A DNA stretch of 64,000 bases from an uncultured Candidatus Saccharibacteria bacterium (GTDB lineage: Bacteria; Patescibacteriota; Minisyncoccia; Phycocordibacterales; DATDWN01), in the NCBI GenBank assembly GCA_964469605.1, contig CAYXZA010000001.1:6899-70898 (forward strand), in the 5' to 3' direction. Below the pieces are notes generated by a model. That model was not told where the DNA came from, searched no databases, and worked only from the letters and a program-made list of their open reading frames with translations. The position numbers and the translations under genes were made by a program. Position 1 is the first letter of the stretch, and every line of letters starts with the position of its first letter. This document shows positions 21,457-29,192 of this stretch, piece after piece.

Positions 21457-24400
21457 TTACAAGACTTCTATAGAGAAATGAGTTTTTTTATCTTTTAAAC
21501 TAACTTCAAAAGTTAAATCACCGTCTTCAAAAACAATTTCCTTTGCACCGACTGTCTTTTTTATAATCTCAGAAAAAGATTTGATGATTTTCTGTATATC
21601 AGAAGAAGCTGAAACTTTAAGTAAGATAATATTTTTTGAAATTAGATTCATTTTCTTTCTGCCATCTTGAACCGCTCTTATAAAATCACGGCAAATACCC
21701 TCCTCTATCAGTTCATCGGTTAAGTTTGTATCAAGAACAATGTCAGCAAGTGAAGAATCCACCTCTATTTCTTTAACATTAACTTCATCTTTAATAATTT
21801 CTAGTATTTCAGTATCCAAATCTGTATTTACATATAGTTTATACAGAGGTTGTCTGACTTTGATAGAAACCTTTTCTCTTTGCATTAAAACATTTGAAAC
21901 TATCTCTCTTGCTTTTTGCATAGAAGAAAGCAGATTATCATTTACCTGCCTATTTACTTTTGGCCAATTATCCAAATGAACACTTATGGAATCACCACCA
22001 TCTCTTAATCTCAGATACAGACTCTCTGCTAAAAATGGCATAAACGGAGCCAAGACTTTTGATAATTCTTTCAAAACATATTTTGTATAAAACAAGGCAG
22101 ATTTTCTATCATCTTCATTTTCTGATTTAAACCTCTCTCTTGATCTCCTGATATACCAAACAGAAAAATCATCTATAAATGAAATTATAGGTTTTGTAGC
22201 TTTATCTATTTCATACAAATCCATAGACAAAGTCACCTCTTTTATAAGAACAGCTAATTTATCTAGTATCCAACTATCCAAAACTGATTCTTTTGGTAGA
22301 TTAGAAATATCCTCTTTATACATATCATAAAAAGAATAAATATTTTCAAGTTTTAAAACTATTTTTTTATAAACCTCATCTACCAATTTTTCTGAGAAAT
22401 TGAAATCTTCAGCTTTAACAAGTGGAGATGATAGGAGTAAATACCTTATACTATCGGCACCGTATTTATTTATAGTATCCATAAGATCTGGATAGTTTTT
22501 AAGTTTTTTAGACATCTTTCTACCATCTTCAGCAAGCACAAGACCATTTACCAAAACATTTTCATAAGGACTTTTACCAAAAAGAGCTGTTCCTAAAACT
22601 AAAAGTGTATAGAACCAACCCCTTGTCTGATCAAGTCCTTCTGCTATAAATTCTGCCGGAAACATTAAACTATCAACTTTATCAAACTCATTTTTATTCT
22701 TAAAAGGATAATTTTGTTGTGCAAAAAACATAGAACCGGATTCATACCAACAATCAAAAACATCAGGAATTCTTTTTAGTTTCTGACCTTCATCATCAAA
22801 AACTTCTACATCATCTATAAATGGCCTATGCAGATCAACTTCAAAATCTTCATTTACAGGAAGCTGACGAAAATCAACCTCTCTAACTTCTGCATTATCC
22901 CAATCACTTTTATAATCCAAATACATCTCTCTTTTAGATAAACCCTTTGAAACCAGGTCTAAAATAATAAGTGGTGCTCCGTGAGAAACTATTAGTATAT
23001 TTTTACCTTGATATTTTTTATCTATATCATATATAAACTCGGACACTCTTTTTCTAACATCATCCCAATTTTCATCTCCATCTACTTTTTTTTCAAACTT
23101 ATCTTTTTTTTGTGGAAAATTTTCCAGATATGTTGACCATAATTTACCATTAAAGGATTTTGCTTGAAGCTCAATTAACCTTTCATCAGTTTCTATTTGA
23201 CCAGAAAATCCAATTTCTTTAGATAACAACTGGGCAGTTTGCATTGTTCTCTTAAAAGGAGATGAAAAGATTACATCAATTTTTTCATTTATATTTTTAG
23301 CTGAGGATATAACATCTTGAATACCTGAATCTATTAGAGAATCTTCACCATCATAAATACACGAAATTACAGATTTTTCATTTGACTTTGATCTTCCATG
23401 CCTTACTAGAAAATAATTATTTCTCTTTGGTATATGTTTTTTTATATCTGAAATAGATTCAAAAACATATTCCTTTCCTTTTTCATCAGTCCAAACAGGA
23501 AGAGGTGCTCCCCAAAATCTAGATCTAGATATTGCCCAATCTGGAGCACCCTCTATCCAATTACCAAATCTATTTTCCCCTATTTGTTTTGGAATCCATT
23601 TAACTTTTCTGTTATTTTCAAGCATTTTCTCTTTCAAACTCTCTATCTTTACAAACCAAGAACTTGTAGCATAGTTTAAAAGTGGACTATCACATCTCCA
23701 ACAATGAGGATATGAGTGGACAATTTTTTCCTTTGCAAAAAGCAGTCCGCTATGTGCCAAATATTTTATAATCTCAATATCTGTTTTTTGATGACCATCT
23801 TTGTCATCTGATTTTGGTTTTACAAAAAAACCTTTAAAATCCAAAATCTCATCTTTAAATGTTCCGTCTGTTTTTACATGTTGAATAAAAGGCAGACTAT
23901 ATTTTTTAAGTAGAGAGTAGTCATCATTTCCAAAAGCTGGTGCAATATGAACAATACCTGTTCCATCTTCTGATGTCACAAAATCACCTTCATAAATTTT
24001 CCAACCATTTTCTCTGTTTTCTATTTTTTCATTTTCTGAATAATAATTGAAAAGTGGTTTATATCTTTTTCCTAAAACTTCATCAACTAAAACAGTTCTC
24101 AAAATTTTAAAATTTTCTTTAAATACAGCTTCAACTCTTGATTTTGCGATTATGTATTTATTTTCATCAACTCCACTAGAAACTTCAACATATTCAATAT
24201 CTTTATTTATGGCCAAAGCAACATTTCCAGGAAGTGTCCAAGGTGTTGTTGTCCAAACCAAAAGATAAGTATTTTCCAAACCTTCTAATTTAAACTTCAC
24301 ATATACAGAAATATCGGTTATATCTTTGTAACCCAGATTGACCTCAAAATTTGAAAGTGTTGTCTCGCATCTAGGACAAAGATGCATTGATTTGAATCCT

Positions 24401-24936
24401 TTATAGATAAGCCCTTTATCATAAAGATTTTTAAATGACCACCAGATACTTTCAGTATATGTCTTGTCCATTGTCCTATAATCATTTTCCATATCAACCC
24501 ATCTCCCAGTTCTAGGTATAACCTCTTTCCAAATATCAGCATATTCCAAAACAGAATTCTTTGCCTCTTTATTAAAATTACCAACTCCATAATCTAAAAT
24601 ATCTTTCTTTGTTTTAAGATTTAATTTCTTCTCTATCAAATTTTCGATCGGAAGACCGTGACAGTCCCAACCCCACCTTCTCAAAACCTTTTTGCCCTGC
24701 ATTGTTTTGTATCTAGGAATAGCATCTTTTATAGAACTAGCCAAAAGGTGTCCGTAATGTGGCTCACCTGTGGCAAATGGTGGACCATCATAAAAAACAA
24801 AACTACCACCGTCTTTTTCTAGACTTTTTTCAAAAATATTATTTTCTTTCCAAAAAGCAAAAACTGCCTCCTCCCTTTTGGCAACTTCACTTTTTTCTTT
24901 TTTATCTTTATTTGACGACTGATCCATAAAATCCAT
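21457..24936 (-). CDS. ileS: Isoleucyl-tRNA synthetase with an inserted histidine-phosphatase-like domain
   Basis: HYGH (PPFATGEPHYGHLL), a CP1 editing region and KMSKKLKN are present. Between the ...WAISRSRFWGAPLP and ...DCWYESGS segments there is an extra ~180 aa carrying LVRHGRSKSNE and IVSHGAPL motifs. Confidence 0.9.
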   Translation of the reverse strand: MDFMDQSSNKDKKEKSEVAKREEAVFAFWKENNIFEKSLEKDGGSFVFYDGPPFATGEPHYGHLLASSIKDAIPRYKTMQGKKVLRRWGWDCHGLPIENLIEKKLNLKTKKDILDYGVGNFNKEAKNSVLEYADIWKEVIPRTGRWVDMENDYRTMDKTYTESIWWSFKNLYDKGLIYKGFKSMHLCPRCETTLSNFEVNLGYKDITDISVYVKFKLEGLENTYLLVWTTTPWTLPGNVALAINKDIEYVEVSSGVDENKYIIAKSRVEAVFKENFKILRTVLVDEVLGKRYKPLFNYYSENEKIENRENGWKIYEGDFVTSEDGTGIVHIAPAFGNDDYSLLKKYSLPFIQHVKTDGTFKDEILDFKGFFVKPKSDDKDGHQKTDIEIIKYLAHSGLLFAKEKIVHSYPHCWRCDSPLLNYATSSWFVKIESLKEKMLENNRKVKWIPKQIGENRFGNWIEGAPDWAISRSRFWGAPLPVWTDEKGKEYVFESISDIKKHIPKRNNYFLVRHGRSKSNEKSVISCIYDGEDSLIDSGIQDVISSAKNINEKIDVIFSSPFKRTMQTAQLLSKEIGFSGQIETDERLIELQAKSFNGKLWSTYLENFPQKKDKFEKKVDGDENWDDVRKRVSEFIYDIDKKYQGKNILIVSHGAPLIILDLVSKGLSKREMYLDYKSDWDNAEVREVDFRQLPVNEDFEVDLHRPFIDDVEVFDDEGQKLKRIPDVFDCWYESGSMFFAQQNYPFKNKNEFDKVDSLMFPAEFIAEGLDQTRGWFYTLLVLGTALFGKSPYENVLVNGLVLAEDGRKMSKKLKNYPDLMDTINKYGADSIRYLLLSSPLVKAEDFNFSEKLVDEVYKKIVLKLENIYSFYDMYKEDISNLPKESVLDSWILDKLAVLIKEVTLSMDLYEIDKATKPIISFIDDFSVWYIRRSRERFKSENEDDRKSALFYTKYVLKELSKVLAPFMPFLAESLYLRLRDGGDSISVHLDNWPKVNRQVNDNLLSSMQKAREIVSNVLMQREKVSIKVRQPLYKLYVNTDLDTEILEIIKDEVNVKEIEVDSSLADIVLDTNLTDELIEEGICRDFIRAVQDGRKKMNLISKNIILLKVSASSDIQKIIKSFSEIIKKTVGAKEIVFEDGDLTFEVSLKDKKTHFSIEVL
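22880..23430 (-). other. Histidine-phosphatase (PGAM/RHG-fold)-like insertion domain within ileS (approximate bounds)
   Basis: Contains an RHG motif (FLVRHGRSKSN) and a second catalytic histidine motif (VSHGAP). These sit between conserved IleS catalytic-core blocks. Confidence 0.5.
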
Positions 24937-24968
24937 ACTATCATTTTTATCATTTTTTTGAAAGAAAA

Positions 24969-26165
24969 ATGTGCTATATTGAATTTAATAAAAAATTTAT
25001 GAAAAACATATCAAAAGAAGAAAAACTAAGACTTAGGACTTGGGTTGAAATAGACAGATCAGCCATCAAGCACAATGTAAATATTTATAAAAAAATTATT
25101 GGTAAAAATGTAAAACTAATTGCTGTCGTAAAATCAAATGCTTATGGACACGGACTTGTATCATTTTCAAGAGAATTAGAAAAAAACGGAATAAAATCTT
25201 TTGCAACTGACTGTATGGAGGAAGCTACCACACTAAGAGAAGCTGGCATAAAATCTGAAATACTAAATTTGGGTTTTTGTCCTTATACAGATTACCAAAA
25301 TGCTATAAAAAACAATATAACCATTACAATATCAAGTTTAGATTCTTTAAAAAGAGTTTCCAAAGTTAAAGAAAAAATAAACATACATATAAAGGTGGAT
25401 ACTGGTATGGGAAGACAAGGTTTCAAAAATGAAGAACTTGATATTGTATTAAATACACTAAAAAAACATAAAAATATAAATGTATTAGGTGTTTACAGTC
25501 ACCTAGCATCAGCAGATGATTTGGAAAATGTTGCATTTACAGAAAAACAGATTGGGACACTAAACTCTTGGCACAGTAGATTTTTAGAAAATGGTTTTAA
25601 ACCAATAAAACATATCACTGCTTCTGCCGGCACAATGCTTTTTCCTCAATTTCACTTTGATGCAGTTAGGATAGGTATTGGACTTTATGGACTTCACCCA
25701 TCTGACACAACCAAAAAACTTTTTTCAAAAAAATACCCACTTAAACCTGTGCTATGTTGGAAAAGTATTTTAACTGAAATAAAAAAATTTAAAAAAGGAG
25801 ATAAAATTGGATATGATTTAACAGAGACACTGCAAAGAGATTCTAGACTAGCAATAATACCAGTTGGATACTACAACGGTTATCCAAGACTACTTTCCCT
25901 CAAAGGATTGTTTGAACTGAAAGGTAAGAAAATAAAAATCATAGGTAAAGTTTCTATGAATATGATTATTGTTGATATAACCGATGTAAAAAAAGCTAAA
26001 TTGTTTGACGAAGTTATTATTGCTGGTGGCAAAAGCCATATTGCAGATATATATCAAATAGCACAAGATACTGAAAGTATAGTATATGAAGTATCAACAA
26101 AAATAAATCCAATTATAAAAAGATATTACAGTATCAACCCTGACATAAAACGAGTAGTGGTTTGA
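24969..26165 (+). CDS. alr: Alanine racemase
   Basis: PLP-lysine motif AVVKSNAYGHG, and the overall fold III PLP-enzyme layout. Confidence 0.9.
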   Translation: MCYIEFNKKFMKNISKEEKLRLRTWVEIDRSAIKHNVNIYKKIIGKNVKLIAVVKSNAYGHGLVSFSRELEKNGIKSFATDCMEEATTLREAGIKSEILNLGFCPYTDYQNAIKNNITITISSLDSLKRVSKVKEKINIHIKVDTGMGRQGFKNEELDIVLNTLKKHKNINVLGVYSHLASADDLENVAFTEKQIGTLNSWHSRFLENGFKPIKHITASAGTMLFPQFHFDAVRIGIGLYGLHPSDTTKKLFSKKYPLKPVLCWKSILTEIKKFKKGDKIGYDLTETLQRDSRLAIIPVGYYNGYPRLLSLKGLFELKGKKIKIIGKVSMNMIIVDITDVKKAKLFDEVIIAGGKSHIADIYQIAQDTESIVYEVSTKINPIIKRYYSINPDIKRVVV

Positions 26166-26267
26166 AAATCTAATACAATAATGAAGCCTCGCTCCCGATG
26201 AATCGGAAACGAGGCCGAGGACCAAGGTCAAAGTGTCTAAAAAATCACAGTGACCTAGCCCAAAGAA

Positions 26268-26909
26268 CTAACTTTCGAGATAAGCCGAAAAATGCCAGCT
26301 ATGCCACCGATCGCTGAGCCGACGCACGCGCCAGTGCCACTGACCTCCAACCGAGCACAAGTACAGAACGCAACGCCCGCCATCCGGATTACGGAGAATG
26401 GTTCCGAAGAAATCGAGATATTTGATACCTCGCTCCCTTCGGAGATTCTCCAAAACGGAGGCGCTGCCTCTGGACTTGTAGTCCACAAGGAGAGCCTCTC
26501 CGACCAGGGCGTCGAGGACGATCTTGCCTGACTTCTTAAGCTGGGCAAACTTTTCCTCTCCGGTGATACTCGTCTCGCCGGGATGGAGAAAGGTCTCGAA
26601 ATTCGCCCAATCCACCTCTTTCAAAGCAAGACTGTCGAGGTCTTGCTCCATATCCCCATAGAGACCATCACCATTGGCTGGACCCCTCCAAATGGTCCAG
26701 CCGGGACCAATGAAGGTGGTTGGGTTGAACTTCTTTGTGCGGTCTATGGCGAGCACTGGGCTCACCACCCAACAAGCCTCCTTCCGGAGGAATTTTTTGA
26801 ACTCTCTGAGCCACCGCTCGCCGTCCTCCCCGGCGAGATTGACGATTAAATGATTCAGCAGTCCGGAGTTAAACTCACGGAGTGCTTTGAAGAGCATGGT
26901 GTTGTCCAT
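26268..26909 (-). CDS. GC-rich island paralog 1 (unknown function; Trp-rich C-terminal domain)
   Basis: Its GC-rich codon usage contrasts with the host. It shares about 140 aa of C-terminal homology with the 27208-28074 product (FNPTTFIGPGWTIW...GEEKF..LKKSGKI..DA...FFGTILRNPDGGRCVLYL...W.WRV). Confidence 0.55.
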   Translation of the reverse strand: MDNTMLFKALREFNSGLLNHLIVNLAGEDGERWLREFKKFLRKEACWVVSPVLAIDRTKKFNPTTFIGPGWTIWRGPANGDGLYGDMEQDLDSLALKEVDWANFETFLHPGETSITGEEKFAQLKKSGKIVLDALVGEALLVDYKSRGSASVLENLRRERGIKYLDFFGTILRNPDGGRCVLYLCSVGGQWHWRVRRLSDRWHSWHFSAYLES

Positions 26910-26955
26910 GGTCTTTTTCCTTTCTGCCAGAGGACCATCTTTAATCTTGTTGGAT

Positions 26956-27002
26956 GGTCATAGCCAAAAAATGCCTACTTTAAGCATTTTTTGGCTATGA
27001 CC
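26956..27002 (-). promoter_or_regulatory. Conserved 5'UTR hairpin (19 bp stem) between promoter and start codon of paralog 1
   Basis: ggtcatagccaaaaaatgc-ttaaagta-gcattttttggctatgacc is a perfect inverted repeat. A nearly identical copy is at 29036-29082. Confidence 0.5.
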
Positions 27003-27064
27003 AAGTCTAAAATTAAAATTTGTCCTACTTGGGGGGTTTGGGGGTTGCCCGAATTTCTCATCCA

Positions 27065-27093
27065 ATTATATCATATTTAGATATAAAAGTCAA
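27065..27093 (-). promoter_or_regulatory. Near-consensus sigma70 promoter driving paralog 1
   Basis: Read on the minus strand: TTGACT, a 17 nt spacer, TATAAT. Confidence 0.55.
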
Positions 27094-27121
27094 TAAATAA
27101 ATTTGTAGGATTAAGAAAAGA

Positions 27122-27151
27122 CCCTGCATCTCTGTACAAGCAGATGCAGGG
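27122..27151 (-). terminator. Hairpin terminator after paralog 2
   Basis: The 10 bp stem ccctgcatct/agatgcaggg is followed, on the minus strand, by a tcttttctt T-rich tract. Confidence 0.5.
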
Positions 27152-27207
27152 CCCAAAGGGCTAAGGTCAAAGGGTTCAAGAAGGTCCCAGTGGCTTAGTC
27201 CAAAGAA

Positions 27208-28074
27208 CTAAATTGCGAGAACGGCGGATGGCTGTCGAATGTCCCAGTTGCCCATTAACCAGGACACGTTCCAGCGCCACCGACCCCTGCTCCAAAACAA
27301 GCACAGAACGTAACGGCCACCGACCGAGTCCCGAAGGACTGTGCCGTCAAAGAAGATGTAACGGGTGTTCCAGTTGACCCTCTCCTTCCACGACTCGGGA
27401 ATGAGGTGCTGGTTCTCCCAGAGCGTGAGGAAGATGTCGGCGTCCAAGCGAATGTAGTCCGATTCTTTGAGACGCCTGAGCTTCTCCTCGCCATTCACGT
27501 ACGTCTCGCCGTCCTTCAGCATCGTCACGTGCTGAACCTTCGTCAGGTCCAGTTCGGTGAGTGCGATGGATCGAGTGTCTGTCTCGTCCACCCAGATGTT
27601 CCAACCTTGGCCGATTAATAATGAATTGGGATTGAAGCGACCATGGTTGATTGGGATGATCTTCGACTCGCCGACGATGATCTTTCCACCGTTCTTGAGG
27701 AACGCCGTGAACTGTCTGCCAGCTTCCTTCGGGTTACGGACGATGAAGTCCTGAAGCCCCGAGTTAGCGAAGTCAATCGTTGCCCAATCAGTATTCACAG
27801 CCAGAGTGGCGATAACCTGATGGGATTGGTCAATTTGGCCGATTAATGAATTGGGATTGAAGCGACCATGGTTGATTGGGATGATCTTCGACTCGCCGAC
27901 GATGATCTTTCCACCGTTCTTGAGGAACGCCGTGAACTGTCTGCCAGCTTCCTTCGGGTTACGGACGATGAAGTCCTGAAGCCCCGAGTTAGCGAAGTCA
28001 ATCGTTGCCCAATCAGTATTCACAGCCAGAGTGGCGATAACCTGATGGGATTGGTCAATAGTGATTTGTCCCAT
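27208..28074 (-). CDS. GC-rich island paralog 2 (unknown function) containing an internal 75-aa tandem duplication
   Basis: Residues ~1-76 and ~77-152 are near-identical (IDQSHQVIATLAVNTDW...GRFNPNSL). The C-terminal domain is homologous to paralog 1 (FFDGTVLRDSVGGRYVLCLFWSRGRWRWNV). The start codon is preceded by a strong SD (caaggagatagacaATG). Confidence 0.55.
   Translation of the reverse strand: MGQITIDQSHQVIATLAVNTDWATIDFANSGLQDFIVRNPKEAGRQFTAFLKNGGKIIVGESKIIPINHGRFNPNSLIGQIDQSHQVIATLAVNTDWATIDFANSGLQDFIVRNPKEAGRQFTAFLKNGGKIIVGESKIIPINHGRFNPNSLLIGQGWNIWVDETDTRSIALTELDLTKVQHVTMLKDGETYVNGEEKLRRLKESDYIRLDADIFLTLWENQHLIPESWKERVNWNTRYIFFDGTVLRDSVGGRYVLCLFWSRGRWRWNVSWLMGNWDIRQPSAVLAI
27608..28060. 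repeat. Tandem direct duplication of about 225 bp (two copies, one 3 nt indel) inside paralog 2
   Basis: Plus-strand ORFs 27643-27846 and 27868-28119 translate identically. The DNA at 27608-27835 nearly equals 27836-28060. Confidence 0.8.
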
Positions 28075-28221
28075 TGTCTATCTCCTTGTGTGCAAGAGGG
28101 CGACTGTATGTCGCCGTAGCTGGGAAAGCCCTATATAAATTACTTTTTTGTAAGACTCTTTCAGCTATGGCGATTTTTTTGAAGATCAGATATGTTTAAG
28201 ACTTTGCAAATTTCTTATCGA

Positions 28222-28250
28222 ATTATATCATATTTAGATTAAAAAGTCAA
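28222..28250 (-). promoter_or_regulatory. Near-consensus sigma70 promoter driving paralog 2
   Basis: Read on the minus strand: TTGACT, a 17 nt spacer, TATAAT. Confidence 0.55.
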
Positions 28251-28278
28251 TAAATAAATTTGTAGGATTAAGAAAAGA

Positions 28279-28308
28279 CCCTGCATCTCTGTACAAGCAG
28301 ATGCAGGG
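28279..28308 (-). terminator. Hairpin terminator after paralog 3
   Basis: The same ccctgcatct/agatgcaggg hairpin as at 27122, followed by a T-rich tract. Confidence 0.5.
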
Positions 28309-28364
28309 CCCAAAGGGCTAAGATCAAAGGGTCCAAGAAGGTCCCAGTGACCAGAGCCAAAGTG

Positions 28365-28952
28365 CTACTTGCGACGAACGAACACGAAGCGACTGTAACC
28401 GTCCCAGAGGGTGTCCCACTTACCGTTGCCATTCAACCAACGACCATCCTCGCCGTGTACAACGTGGAACACGTTAGGATAGCCGTCCGAGTCCGAAATC
28501 GGTTTCATCCCGATGAGTAACCACTCTCCCTTCGGCTGGTCCTTGTACTGCAAACGCAGTTGAGGACCAACTTCAGAAGGACAGAGTTCCAGACCGAGTG
28601 AAATCGCTCGCTCGTAGATGTCGCCACGTGTGGCACCATCATTGAAGCCGAGCTCGGCAACGGAGACATTGACGAGGGGGAGCTCCATCTCGGTTTCGCT
28701 CGCCGTGAAGGCGGGCTTGCCGAGAATGTCGTTACCCCAATTCCCGATTTTGAAGCCCCCGTCCTTGAGTGCCTTTCGGAAATCATCGGCGATCTTCAGT
28801 CCCGTGCCAAGCTTCACCGTCTTCCAAATGGTGAACTGTGGAACCGATAGGGTCAGCTCACCCGAGAGGAAGCGGCGAACGCCGTCCATCCCACCGAGCT
28901 TGTTGACTATTGCTTCTATCTGACCAAGAGTTAATTCCCCGTATTTCATCAC
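28365..28952 (-). CDS. GC-rich island paralog 3 (unknown function)
   Basis: GC-rich. Its C-terminal ~40 aa (DGYPNVFHVVHGEDGRWLNGNGKWDTLWDGYSRF) resemble the paralog 1/2 C-terminal motif more weakly. It carries the same promoter, UTR and terminator cassette. Confidence 0.5.
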   Translation of the reverse strand: MMKYGELTLGQIEAIVNKLGGMDGVRRFLSGELTLSVPQFTIWKTVKLGTGLKIADDFRKALKDGGFKIGNWGNDILGKPAFTASETEMELPLVNVSVAELGFNDGATRGDIYERAISLGLELCPSEVGPQLRLQYKDQPKGEWLLIGMKPISDSDGYPNVFHVVHGEDGRWLNGNGKWDTLWDGYSRFVFVRRK

Positions 28953-29035
28953 TCTCTCTCCTTATCGGCTGATTGCCGATGGACTTCCCACTGCCCGTGG
29001 GTTTAGGGTTAGAGCTAGAGGACAACCACATTGGT

Positions 29036-29082
29036 AGTCATAGCCAAAAAATGCCTACTTTAAGCATTTTTTGGCTATGACC
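29036..29082 (-). promoter_or_regulatory. Conserved 5'UTR hairpin of paralog 3
   Basis: agtcatagccaaaaaatgc...gcattttttggctatgacc, a copy of the hairpin at 26956. Confidence 0.45.
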
Positions 29083-29144
29083 AAGTCTAAAATTAAAATT
29101 TGTCCTACTTGGGGGGTTTGGGGGCTTCTGAAATTTCTTATCCA

Positions 29145-29173
29145 ATTAGATCATATTTAGATTAAAAAGTCAA
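29145..29173 (-). promoter_or_regulatory. Sigma70-like promoter driving paralog 3
   Basis: Read on the minus strand: TTGACT, a 17 nt spacer, TCTAAT. Confidence 0.45.
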
Positions 29174-29192
29174 TAAATAAATTCAGAAGATT

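Noticed and set aside
24937-24968. T-box or other leader riboswitches upstream of ileS, metG, glyQS and argS
   Set aside because: The upstream intergenic spaces are only 30-50 nt, or overlap neighbouring genes. There is no room for a T-box, and no specifier-loop or antiterminator motifs were seen.
26255-28923. Multiple overlapping ORFs on both strands inside the GC-rich island (for example 26255-26548, 26292-26531, 26583-26849, 27255-27494, 27347-27604, 27406-27618, 27557-27754, 27643-27846, 27868-28119, 28505-28786, 28618-28923)
   Set aside because: High GC suppresses stop codons in all frames. These are nested in or antisense to the three longer paralogous genes, and none has a promoter or RBS context. 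The identical pair 27643-27846 and 27868-28119 simply reflects the tandem duplication.
26170-29190. Diversity-generating retroelement (DGR) targets, with variable proteins sharing a C-terminal domain
   Set aside because: No reverse transcriptase ORF nearby. I see no template/variable repeat pair with adenine-specific mismatches. The duplicated segment is near-identical rather than A-mutated.
26170-29190. CRISPR array or integron cassette array, suggested by the regularly repeated intergenic units
   Set aside because: The repeat units are ~1 kb apart and include promoters and terminators, not 25-40 bp repeats with unique spacers. There is no cas gene. There is no intI gene or attC-like imperfect palindrome at the cassette boundaries.
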